A DNA stretch of 64,000 nt. Source: a virus. Taxonomy: Duplodnaviria > Caudoviricetes. Location of the stretch: positions 11,824 through 75,823 of IMG/VR virus record IMGVR_UViG_3300031902_000003, one strand, 5' to 3'. A program made the translations under genes and the position numbers. The notes under the pieces are model-generated. The model ran no database searches, was not told the DNA's origin, and saw nothing but the letters and a program-made list of their open reading frames with translations. This document shows, one piece after another, positions 18,947 through 26,904 of the stretch; position 1 is the stretch's first letter, and every line of letters begins with the position of its first letter.

Positions 18947-19273
18947 ATGATCCTCAGTGTAAATACTGAAAAACTTCCTGACGAAGATTGGACGAATCGT
19001 AACTATAGATTACATCTTTTGAAGATTGAAGTTCAGGGTTATATTAACAAGTTCATGCGCACAAAAGGTTGGCGTAAACTTCAAAGGCCTAAATCTATCT
19101 CTGAAGAAGAACGTGTGTATTTTCTTGCCCTGAAGGATTTCATGGCAGATAATGGCGTTGATGCTAGACTTTTTATGTGGAGAGCAAAGACGTACAGAAG
19201 AAATGATTTCATGATTCAGATCATCATGGAAGGACCAACAGATCTTCTCTTTAACATGATGGTGAATAAGTGA
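18947..19273 (+). CDS. Hypothetical protein
   Basis: ORF directly behind promoter. Confidence 0.65.
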   Translation: MILSVNTEKLPDEDWTNRNYRLHLLKIEVQGYINKFMRTKGWRKLQRPKSISEEERVYFLALKDFMADNGVDARLFMWRAKTYRRNDFMIQIIMEGPTDLLFNMMVNK

Positions 19274-19302
19274 TGTACCTTTGGAGTTAGAAGAATTATA
19301 AT
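19274..19302 (+). promoter_or_regulatory. Phage early promoter
   Basis: TGTACC-17 bp-TATAAT. Confidence 0.7.
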
Positions 19303-19347
19303 AGTCTTTCAATTGGTGCAGATGTTTAACACTCACAATGGAGACAA

Positions 19348-20319
19348 ATGGTTCCTCTTATTTCTAAAAACAATAACGCCGAGATCTTGAAGGACATCGT
19401 AGTTCCCAAGAAGTTCTATAGCCGTATCGACCTTGGTGTTCCCATCCTGAACGAGGTGTTCGGTGGAGTTGATATGCCCGGTATTCTTCCCGGCACTTCT
19501 TTTCTCTTCACTGGTACTCCTGGCGCAGGGAAGTCGACCATGGCTCTGCAGTTAGCTGATCTCTTTACCAAGAATGCAGGACGCAATGTTCTGTATAACA
19601 TTGGTGAAGAGAATCGGTACATGGTGAAACTGCGAGCAGATCGTCTCGGATTGGTCGGTAACTTCTGCATCCAGCAGATCGAGGAAGTAGATGATCTCAT
19701 CAAGTTCTGCGATGATCTTGGTGTTGAGATTCTCTTCCAGGATTCGCTGCAGACTCTCCGTGACGGTGATCTTGGAGGGAACGCTCTTCTTAAGTCTGTC
19801 ACCAAGAAGCTCCAGGCTTGGAAGGAACACAGCGATGTTACCATCTTCTTGATTGGTCATTCGACCAAGGGAGGTATGTTCGCTGGTCCTAATGAGATCA
19901 AGCACGATGTTGATGCTCACGCTCACCTGAAGCTCAACACTGATACTGGGAATCGTGCATTTGAACTCCAGAAGAATCGGTTCGGTCCTGCTGCGATTCC
20001 TTATGAGTTCTCGATCTCCAGCTCCGGTCTTGACTTCCAGGCAATGACTGTTGCTGTCGATGGTGAAGATGAAGAGAAGAAGCAGACCACTTCTCGAGCA
20101 GCTGATCGTCGTGAACGCATCTGCTCTTTGATCAAGGAGAAGATGTTGGCTGGCGAGAAGGTAACTGGTTACTGCTTCGAGAGGTTCGAGGTTGATTGCT
20201 CTGGCGGCTTCTGGCGAGGTATGTTGGCTCGTGCTTGCAAGGAACTCCAGAATGAAGGTCATAAGATCGGTGAGTCCAAGCTTGATGGGCGTCTCGCTAA
20301 CTACGTGGAAGGAAAGTAA
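19348..20319 (+). CDS. RadA/Sms-like RecA-family ATPase
   Basis: Walker A GTPGAGKST, Walker B LFQDSLQT, IGHSTKGGMFAGP (KxG..AGP), LQKNRFG; lacks the zinc finger and Lon-like domain. Confidence 0.8.
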   Translation: MVPLISKNNNAEILKDIVVPKKFYSRIDLGVPILNEVFGGVDMPGILPGTSFLFTGTPGAGKSTMALQLADLFTKNAGRNVLYNIGEENRYMVKLRADRLGLVGNFCIQQIEEVDDLIKFCDDLGVEILFQDSLQTLRDGDLGGNALLKSVTKKLQAWKEHSDVTIFLIGHSTKGGMFAGPNEIKHDVDAHAHLKLNTDTGNRAFELQKNRFGPAAIPYEFSISSSGLDFQAMTVAVDGEDEEKKQTTSRAADRRERICSLIKEKMLAGEKVTGYCFERFEVDCSGGFWRGMLARACKELQNEGHKIGESKLDGRLANYVEGK

Positions 20320-20321
20320 TC

Positions 20322-20573
20322 ATGGGAAACATTCTTAGCTGGTTGCTTCTTGGATACGGTGGATGGAAGCTTTGGGTCGCAATTCTCGGACTCGGACAGG
20401 TTCTTATCTGTCTTCCTCTCTTCCCTATTGCATTGGCCGCTGACTATCAGGAGAAGAAGAACAAGGAAAAGAAAGCTCTCGAGGAAGAGAGACGACTCAA
20501 CGAATACAATCGAGTCAAGTACGATGTCTTGAAGAAGCCTGATGTTGATGAGAACGGTATTCCTTACCTCTAA
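20322..20573 (+). CDS. Membrane protein
   Basis: Hydrophobic N-terminal half, charged tail. Confidence 0.6.
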   Translation: MGNILSWLLLGYGGWKLWVAILGLGQVLICLPLFPIALAADYQEKKNKEKKALEEERRLNEYNRVKYDVLKKPDVDENGIPYL

Positions 20574-20662
20574 AAATAGAAGTGTCCATCTAGTGAGTGA
20601 TGATATATAATTACTTCTAGATGGACACGTAGTCTCCCTCGAAGTTCATGGAGTGAATTCAA

Positions 20663-20929
20663 ATGGCAAAGTATTGGCTTAGTCCTCCCCCTGACACTTG
20701 TGACATCTGTGCCTCTCCGATTGACGATGAATTCATCGATGGGAAGACCAAGTACGGTCCTTGGGCGAATATGTGCCCGAAGTGTTTCCACTGTGATGAT
20801 GAGTTCTGCAAGTCAATCACTCATAACATGGGTATTCGTCTTGGCATCGGATTCGGTCAGAGGTTTAGGAAGGAAGGAAAGAAGAAGGGCAGGGAGTGGG
20901 TGTGTGTCGAGGGAGATAGGGTTGGATGA
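20663..20929 (+). CDS. Hypothetical zinc-binding protein
   Basis: CDIC...DGKT..GPWANMCPKC. Confidence 0.7.
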   Translation: MAKYWLSPPPDTCDICASPIDDEFIDGKTKYGPWANMCPKCFHCDDEFCKSITHNMGIRLGIGFGQRFRKEGKKKGREWVCVEGDRVG

Positions 20930-21123
20930 AGGCCAAGATCTGCCCAGTCTGCAATAGAGGTTTTGTAATAAGCAGAAGCGATAGATCTACTTCTTGCTCA
21001 AGATATCCAGAATGTGATGGACAGGAATCTGTTTACTACGATTGGAATGTAGATCCAGAAGAAGATGCCGATGAAGCATGGGCAATGGGATTAGATATTG
21101 GCAGCATCGGAGATAGAGATTGA
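20926..21123 (+). CDS. Zinc-ribbon protein
   Basis: CPVC...CSRYPEC, topoisomerase-type zinc-ribbon pattern. Confidence 0.6.
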   Translation: MKAKICPVCNRGFVISRSDRSTSCSRYPECDGQESVYYDWNVDPEEDADEAWAMGLDIGSIGDRD

Positions 21124-21440
21124 GGATTGAGACTGGTCAAAGAATGTACAGGGTTCGAGGACCTGATGGACTCTGGGTAAAGAAGCTCGGACCAGGTGTA
21201 TTTGGTTGGGTAGAGAATGAACATGCTTCAATGATCTGGAAGAAGCTTCATCATCTTAAGAGAGACATGGAACATATCATGTCAGAAAAATATCTCGAGG
21301 GACTCCCAGCTGAAGCCATGCATGTTGTTGAATTTGAAGTTACAATTCAGAGAACCAGAAGGAAACATAGACTCACTGAGATCGATAGGTTCTATGAACC
21401 AGATCAGGAAGAGGAGTTCGATGGCTCGCCGGTCATTTGA
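21120..21440 (+). CDS. Hypothetical protein
   Basis: Overlapping start/stop in operon. Confidence 0.6.
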   Translation: MRIETGQRMYRVRGPDGLWVKKLGPGVFGWVENEHASMIWKKLHHLKRDMEHIMSEKYLEGLPAEAMHVVEFEVTIQRTRRKHRLTEIDRFYEPDQEEEFDGSPVI

Positions 21441-21636
21441 CGAATGGCTTCAGGAACTCAGAGTTCTTGTTGAAGATAGACTTGAGTCCAAGTTGGAAGA
21501 TCTTCCAGAGTTTGATAAGGCAGATGCTCGTATGTACTTCAGAGATAAGAGTGCTCCAATCATGTATTTCGACGAATGCCTTGCTGAATCTGGAGAGTTT
21601 GATACCTCTCTATCGGAGATTGTAAGTGGCAAGTAA
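21421..21636 (+). CDS. Hypothetical acidic protein
   Basis: SD GAGGAG upstream of ATG 21421; start adjusted. Confidence 0.6.
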   Translation: MARRSFDEWLQELRVLVEDRLESKLEDLPEFDKADARMYFRDKSAPIMYFDECLAESGEFDTSLSEIVSGK

Positions 21637-22279
21637 TATTCTCTTTACGAACTGGGATGAACAGAGATGCTATCTCTTGAGGGAAAATGTGAGAGATCTT
21701 GCAGATTTATTCATTCGGTTTGACAACAAGACAATTTACTTCCACGGCTATATGCGGGAAGATAGGTTGAAGAACAAGAAGAAGATGACTCTTGGTCTTC
21801 ACTCATATGATCCGCTCTTCGATAGGCATGACATCTATATCGATCCACAGAAGATTGAATTTTGTTTCGGATCTAAGATGAGAACTGGTGGTAATAGAAT
21901 TGCTCCTGACATTCACATTGCAGTAGGCATGGTCCTTGCACATGAGATGCAGCATGCGAACCAGTATATTCATCACAATGGTCAGTTAAGCTTCTTTGGT
22001 AAGAAGAAGAGCAAGTACAAGACTCGGCCATGCGAACGTGAGGCAAGAAGTTTTGCAGATGAGAATGTTCAAGTTATTGCGAATGTTCTTGGCATTAGTA
22101 TCTCGAAGGAAAAGCTTATTGATGTTCCTCAAGATGAGCTTAGTCTTATTGCAGATTGTCTCTCTGAGTCTGATGAAGTCACGGTCACAGACATTGTAGA
22201 TGAACTTAGACAGTCTGGATTAAACAATGCTGTAAATGTTATGAAGGTGAAATCTCTTCTCCAGAATTTTACTTCTTGA
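21626..22279 (+). CDS. Putative HExxH zinc metallopeptidase
   Basis: LAHEMQHANQ followed by PCEREAR (third-ligand Glu). Confidence 0.65.
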   Translation: MASNILFTNWDEQRCYLLRENVRDLADLFIRFDNKTIYFHGYMREDRLKNKKKMTLGLHSYDPLFDRHDIYIDPQKIEFCFGSKMRTGGNRIAPDIHIAVGMVLAHEMQHANQYIHHNGQLSFFGKKKSKYKTRPCEREARSFADENVQVIANVLGISISKEKLIDVPQDELSLIADCLSESDEVTVTDIVDELRQSGLNNAVNVMKVKSLLQNFTS

Positions 22280-22296
22280 ATTAGAAGTGTTATTAT
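22268..22296 (+). promoter_or_regulatory. Phage early promoter, leaderless GTG at 22303
   Basis: TTTACT-TCTTGAA...-TATTAT with 17-bp spacer; 36-codon ORF 22303-22413 starts 6 nt downstream. Confidence 0.65.
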
Positions 22297-22409
22297 ATCA
22301 CTGTGCCATTCCATATTTGCCCACAAGAAATTATGGCCGTAATGTTGGCACTCCCTGGAGTTGCCTATGTTTGTAATTGTTTGAAGTGCTGGCTCAAGAG
22401 GAGAAAGAC

Positions 22410-22682
22410 TTGAACAAGAGGGATTATGTGGTTCTTTTTTATTGCACTTTCACTGCTTCTCATCATTGGTCTGTAATGAGAAAGGATCAATTCGATGATT
22501 CTAGACCTGCGATTGCCTGGCTTAAAAGACAGGTTTCATTTGTAGGATCTCAGTGTTATTGTAGTAGATGTCAACGTAACACAAGACCAACTTGGTTTAG
22601 AGTTGGTTGCATTGCTTCAAAGGAATACTGGGACTTCAAACGTGGATGGGATGGACTGGAAGAAGTTAAGGAGGCTGAATGA
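22410..22682 (+). CDS. Hypothetical protein
   Basis: TTG start with SD GAGGAG; overlaps the stop of the 22303 mini-ORF. Confidence 0.6.
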   Translation: MNKRDYVVLFYCTFTASHHWSVMRKDQFDDSRPAIAWLKRQVSFVGSQCYCSRCQRNTRPTWFRVGCIASKEYWDFKRGWDGLEEVKEAE

Positions 22683-23455
22683 GTGAGGTCATCGAAGAGA
22701 TGCGAGATGTGTTGCGCGAGCGCGAGGAGTTGATTGCCGCCGTAAAGACGCTGGAGCGGGTGTGTCGACAATTGCAGGCCAGCGTCGACGACATGGGCGA
22801 GGAGCTGGTGGCGACGCGCCTGCACCTGGACCACGCCGAGAGACAGCGCGATGCATACGCCGGCGACTGGCACACCGAGCAGCTTGCGCACACGGCGACG
22901 ATGGTTGAGCTGGACGCCGCCCTCGCGCGGGTGAGGGAGTTGGAGGCCGAGATAGCCGACGCCTTTGATGCCGCAGTGCTGCGTGGTGCCAAGCCGACGA
23001 CGCTCAACGGTAGGCGTAAGACATTGGTCGAACTAGTGACTGATGCACTGCACTCGTACCTGACGACGGAGATGGCATTCAAGAACGAGGTCATCCTCAC
23101 AAACAGGGAACGCGCCAAGGTCGCCGCGCTTCAAGAGGAACGCGACGAACTAGACCGCGTACTCCACGGGCCTCCGGGTCAGCGCACGCCGATGGTGGCC
23201 GCGCTGGAGAAGGAGCGGGACGAGGCGCAGGAGAACTACGTCTACACCGAGAGCATGCGACAGGACTGCGCTCGCAGGTTCGAAGAGTGCCAGATTCAAC
23301 ACGCCGCCGAGCGCGCCAAGGTCGCCGCGTTGGAGTCTCAGAATAAAGAACTTAGGCATTTATGTGCAAGAGCACTCTCTAGAATACAAGGACTTGCTGA
23401 GCATGGAATTCAGAATGATTTGATAGAAACTCTTGCTCTTCTGAAGGATAAATAA
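22679..23455 (+). CDS. Coiled-coil protein encoded mostly by a GC-rich island
   Basis: Heptad-like Glu/Ala/Leu-rich sequence; DNA 22680-23335 far more GC-rich than flanks. Confidence 0.7.
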   Translation: MSEVIEEMRDVLREREELIAAVKTLERVCRQLQASVDDMGEELVATRLHLDHAERQRDAYAGDWHTEQLAHTATMVELDAALARVRELEAEIADAFDAAVLRGAKPTTLNGRRKTLVELVTDALHSYLTTEMAFKNEVILTNRERAKVAALQEERDELDRVLHGPPGQRTPMVAALEKERDEAQENYVYTESMRQDCARRFEECQIQHAAERAKVAALESQNKELRHLCARALSRIQGLAEHGIQNDLIETLALLKDK

Positions 23456-23456
23456 A

Positions 23457-23675
23457 ATGATCCTCGATGAGAATGGTATTCCATATAAGTGTCAAGATAA
23501 AGAAACTTGTGAACACAATGGCGCAGTTGTAACATTTGATCATGAAGCTGCCAAAGGTCTTGATACATATGAAATCAGGAAGCGATGGCCAAGATTCTTT
23601 GGTACATGTCCTGATTGTGGTTGTCAACTAATCAAGTATCATTCTAAGGCACATTATGTTTATGGAGACTGGTGA
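23457..23675 (+). CDS. Hypothetical zinc-binding protein
   Basis: CPDCG motif. Confidence 0.6.
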   Translation: MILDENGIPYKCQDKETCEHNGAVVTFDHEAAKGLDTYEIRKRWPRFFGTCPDCGCQLIKYHSKAHYVYGDW

Positions 23676-23804
23676 CTAAGATTGGTCATATCTTTGGCTC
23701 ATGGCTAAGCTGCTGTCCTTGGCTTCGCTGGTGTCGTAGATGTGGATTGATAGCTTTAAAGAATGAAAGAACAGAGAAGGCAATGAAAGCTGGATGCGAG
23801 GCTG

Positions 23805-24188
23805 ATGATGATTAAGAAAACTCTTCTATTCAAAGTTGCTTACCCGTGGAACAGAGCAATCATCTGGGACATCTCTTCAAATGATCTCAGAGAGAAGAGT
23901 TATGTTGATCTGTTCAATATTCTTGATAGAGAGTTTAGAGCATATGAAGTCGGAGACTCTGTGACGTGGGCTCTTCTCTCCATGGCTCGTGCTGGTAATC
24001 CAGAAGCATGTGAAGCATTGCTTGTGTATAGACGTAATCGTGGAGGAGAGTTCTTTGAAGAAATTGAAGTCAAGGATTCTGGGTCTGGTGTCCCTGTTTT
24101 TGTCCGCCCTGAAGATAGAATCCATATTACATTCTGTGACCCCGAAGCAACCTCGGAAAAGAATCTCCCGGAAGAAGATGCCAAATAA
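23805..24188 (+). CDS. Hypothetical protein
   Basis: Operon ORF. Confidence 0.6.
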   Translation: MMIKKTLLFKVAYPWNRAIIWDISSNDLREKSYVDLFNILDREFRAYEVGDSVTWALLSMARAGNPEACEALLVYRRNRGGEFFEEIEVKDSGSGVPVFVRPEDRIHITFCDPEATSEKNLPEEDAK

Positions 24189-24486
24189 AACTCTGTCTTA
24201 CACACTTAAGTTCAGAAGAAAAGGAAAGTTGCTTGACGCAGAGATTCATCCCTACTTTGAAGACGCTGCACAATCTGCTATTGATTATGCTTCAACGTAT
24301 TGCACTGCACGGTCCGCAATGGCTCTTGAATGTCTTGTCTTGAGTTGGGATGAACTTCTTGGTCCGCTTGAGTGGAGTGACGGTGAATACACCATCGTGA
24401 TAGAGTCCTATCTGGCTAAGCATAATGCCCGTAAGGATAACGATTGTAAGATTATTCAGTTGTACTCCTCGTCCAAGGTGGGATAA
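24178..24486 (+). CDS. Hypothetical protein
   Basis: ATG 24178 overlaps the upstream gene end; start adjusted. Confidence 0.6.
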   Translation: MPNKTLSYTLKFRRKGKLLDAEIHPYFEDAAQSAIDYASTYCTARSAMALECLVLSWDELLGPLEWSDGEYTIVIESYLAKHNARKDNDCKIIQLYSSSKVG

Positions 24487-24489
24487 AAT
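24461..24489 (+). promoter_or_regulatory. Phage early promoter, leaderless start at 24496
   Basis: TGTACT-17 bp-TAAAAT; ATG 6 nt downstream. Confidence 0.7.
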
Positions 24490-24495
24490 ACTCAT

Positions 24496-24765
24496 ATGAC
24501 TCCAACAGATGACATCATTCCATTGTGGGGCCCAGAGTGGAAGCAAGATAAGCTTCCTATTCTTGTGTGGCCATTTCATGAAGCTCCAGAATCTCTTCGT
24601 AAGTTGAGCACGAGTGGTGGAGATGAAGATTGGATTGCTCATGTTCCTAAGCATTTCGCAGGTAGATACATTGCCTGGCTTGAGACTGGTGGGTTTGGTG
24701 TTTGTGATGTTGAAAAAATTGAAATCGCAGATGGATCAATTGTTTACATTGGGAGCCACGCGTGA
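24496..24765 (+). CDS. Hypothetical protein
   Basis: ORF directly behind promoter. Confidence 0.65.
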   Translation: MTPTDDIIPLWGPEWKQDKLPILVWPFHEAPESLRKLSTSGGDEDWIAHVPKHFAGRYIAWLETGGFGVCDVEKIEIADGSIVYIGSHA

Positions 24766-25028
24766 TTGAAGTAAATGATGGAGATGTTCTTTTCGAACTC
24801 ATGCTCGATGAACCAGATCCAGATGATCTTGGTCCAGCTTCAGATGAATGGATTATGAAAGTTGCTGGTACTGTCCCCAAGGATCTTCTCGCTGAGATGA
24901 TTACGAACATAGAGAAAGAGATTGTCGGCAACGACGGGTCAGATACAATTTCAACAGATCTTCGTTACATTATGGCAATGACGAAGCGAAGACTCAAGAA
25001 GGCTTTATCAGTTCAGGTTCACATTTAA
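24762..25028 (+). CDS. Hypothetical protein
   Basis: GTGA overlap. Confidence 0.6.
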   Translation: MIEVNDGDVLFELMLDEPDPDDLGPASDEWIMKVAGTVPKDLLAEMITNIEKEIVGNDGSDTISTDLRYIMAMTKRRLKKALSVQVHI

Positions 25029-25038
25029 GGAGACCACA

Positions 25039-25242
25039 ATGACGAAGGACGAGAAGAAGGAAGAGAAGAAGCAGATCGAGGAAGACAAGGCGAAGATTGA
25101 AGCTCGCAGAAAGTTCAAGATCATTCGCAAGGCTCGACGTGTTGCTCGTCGGACTGCACTGAAGGCTCAAGGTTACAAGCCGAATCGTCGCATGACTAAG
25201 TGTAAGAAGTCCGGGAAGGATCTCAAGGAGATTAAGACGTGA
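25039..25242 (+). CDS. Highly basic small protein
   Basis: SD AAGGAG; Lys/Arg-rich. Confidence 0.65.
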   Translation: MTKDEKKEEKKQIEEDKAKIEARRKFKIIRKARRVARRTALKAQGYKPNRRMTKCKKSGKDLKEIKT

Positions 25243-25424
25243 GTCTAAGACCTCAGGACTTCGATGATCTTGATGAGACTGCAAGGATCCTGAAGTTCAG
25301 TTTCAACAGCTTCATCAAGTTCTCTGATGAATGGAGACCTCTTGTAAACTATATTCAGGAGGTTGCTAAGCAGTGTTATGAATCTGGTCTCATGGATGGA
25401 AAGCGTGAAGCGGAGAAGAAATGA
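25239..25424 (+). CDS. Hypothetical protein
   Basis: GTGA overlap. Confidence 0.55.
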   Translation: MSLRPQDFDDLDETARILKFSFNSFIKFSDEWRPLVNYIQEVAKQCYESGLMDGKREAEKK

Positions 25425-25651
25425 AATTTCCGTCTCTTCTTCCTCCTGAAGACTGGAGCAGCATTGCATTGATAAAGTGTTATTACAAAATAACATTGCC
25501 ATACCAGATTCGTAAATGGTTTAGGATGGAAGTCAGACCTTTGTTTTGTAGACATACAAGATCTTATAATGACATTAACTGGGGACACACGTATAGAAAG
25601 TGTGGTAGCTGTCATAAGGTCTTAGATGATCTTCGAAAGGATCCAAAATGA
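25421..25651 (+). CDS. Hypothetical protein (CxH...CGSC)
   Basis: ATGA overlap. Confidence 0.55.
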   Translation: MKFPSLLPPEDWSSIALIKCYYKITLPYQIRKWFRMEVRPLFCRHTRSYNDINWGHTYRKCGSCHKVLDDLRKDPK

Positions 25652-25758
25652 GTGTTGATACTTACACTGCAGTAATTGATACTGCAATTCTTGCTCTGCT
25701 TCTTGCATGGTCTTATATAGATCGTAATAACATCTATTTTAAGAAATAGAATCTAGAT

Positions 25759-25787
25759 TGTACTTCTTGTGATGGCTGTTATAAAAT
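25759..25787 (+). promoter_or_regulatory. Phage early promoter, probable leaderless start at 25795
   Basis: TGTACT-17 bp-TAAAAT; ATG 7 nt downstream. Confidence 0.65.
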
Positions 25788-25794
25788 AGAATCT

Positions 25795-26163
25795 ATGAAG
25801 ATAGAAAACCATGTTGTCACCCCAGTTTCTATACTTGAACGTGGAGAGAAGTATAGAAAGTTCTGGGTGAGCGGATGGGCTTTTGGTACACTTTGTATTT
25901 GCGCCATGGCATATATGGGTGGACTGGTGAAAGCCCACCACGACGACATGCAGGAGATCAAGAAGACCAAAGATGAGATGACCAGGCTGATTGGTAACAT
26001 GAATGGTTATCTTGAGAAGTTTACAACCGCAGCAGCTGCTCAAGAAGAGCATACGAAGCTTGTGATACAATGGGCTGAATATATCAAGAGCAGAGATGAG
26101 ATGTCAAACTACAATCGGAAGAATCATCCCGATCCTTTTGCTGGAGTGGCCGGTGGAAAATAG
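25795..26163 (+). CDS. Membrane-anchored coiled-coil protein
   Basis: Single TM helix followed by coiled-coil. Confidence 0.65.
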   Translation: MKIENHVVTPVSILERGEKYRKFWVSGWAFGTLCICAMAYMGGLVKAHHDDMQEIKKTKDEMTRLIGNMNGYLEKFTTAAAAQEEHTKLVIQWAEYIKSRDEMSNYNRKNHPDPFAGVAGGK

Positions 26164-26350
26164 ATATTGTAACATCTGTAAAGCTCCTTGGCACCCTGCG
26201 TCGGGACACTACATCTCTGAGACGATGGTGTGGTGTGGACCTTGCACTAAGTCTTGGGTGAAGGAACTGTGTGGCATGCAACATAGACGATGGGGCGGTC
26301 TGAAGTTCTATGAACATGCAAAGGTGCCACCTGAGACTTGTCATGAGTGA
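26153..26350 (+). CDS. Small zinc-finger protein
   Basis: CNIC...CGPC; GTG start with SD GGAG. Confidence 0.55.
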   Translation: MENRYCNICKAPWHPASGHYISETMVWCGPCTKSWVKELCGMQHRRWGGLKFYEHAKVPPETCHE

Positions 26351-26507
26351 TTCTAATAAAGCAAGATTCGGTACGAATTGCAAGAAATGGAAGGACACTG
26401 TTCTTGCAAGCAAGAGCCAAAAGAAAGCGTATACTAGATTCAAGAGAAAGAGATCCAGAAAAGAAAGACACGCTGAAAATTTGAATGCCAAGAAGGAGAT
26501 TGAATGA
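26343..26507 (+). CDS. Small basic protein
   Basis: Lys/Arg-rich; overlaps both neighbours. Confidence 0.55.
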   Translation: MSDSNKARFGTNCKKWKDTVLASKSQKKAYTRFKRKRSRKERHAENLNAKKEIE

Positions 26508-26845
26508 GAGCTTTTATTCTTGTTAGAGTTCGTGGTGATTACAGTGACGCTCTGACTTCTCTTGTTCGTGGGTATTCAGTCAAGGAAAATGCAGAGTATG
26601 ATCTAGATGTTTTAGAAAAAAGTGAGGTCGCTAGAGTGAAGGCTGTTTACAGCTGGGAAAAACAAAATAGAACTCGCTTCGAGATGGCTTGTGAATTACC
26701 AAATGGTGATCTTCGTACTCAAACATTCAACGAGTATTTTGGTGAAAGAGAACCTCTCATGAGGCCATCACCAGCCATCGAAAAAATTGATCCAGACAAT
26801 ATGTGGAGTGATCGTTATTATATTGAAGAAGTAGAGATAGACTAG
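26504..26845 (+). CDS. Hypothetical protein
   Basis: SD AAGGAG; ATGA overlap. Confidence 0.65.
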   Translation: MRAFILVRVRGDYSDALTSLVRGYSVKENAEYDLDVLEKSEVARVKAVYSWEKQNRTRFEMACELPNGDLRTQTFNEYFGEREPLMRPSPAIEKIDPDNMWSDRYYIEEVEID

Positions 26846-26846
26846 T

Positions 26847-26875
26847 TGTACCTCTGGAGATAGAAGAGTTATAAT
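26847..26875 (+). promoter_or_regulatory. Phage early promoter of the rIIA/rIIB operon
   Basis: TGTACC-17 bp-TATAAT; ATG of an 8-codon uORF 6 nt downstream. Confidence 0.75.
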
Positions 26876-26904
26876 AGCTTCATGATCAACATGGAGAGTG
26901 CAAA

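Noticed and set aside
20544-23487. Shared DENGIPY peptide at the end of 20322-20573 and the start of 23457-23675
   Set aside because: Only about 7 residues with several synonymous differences; too short to infer duplication or function.
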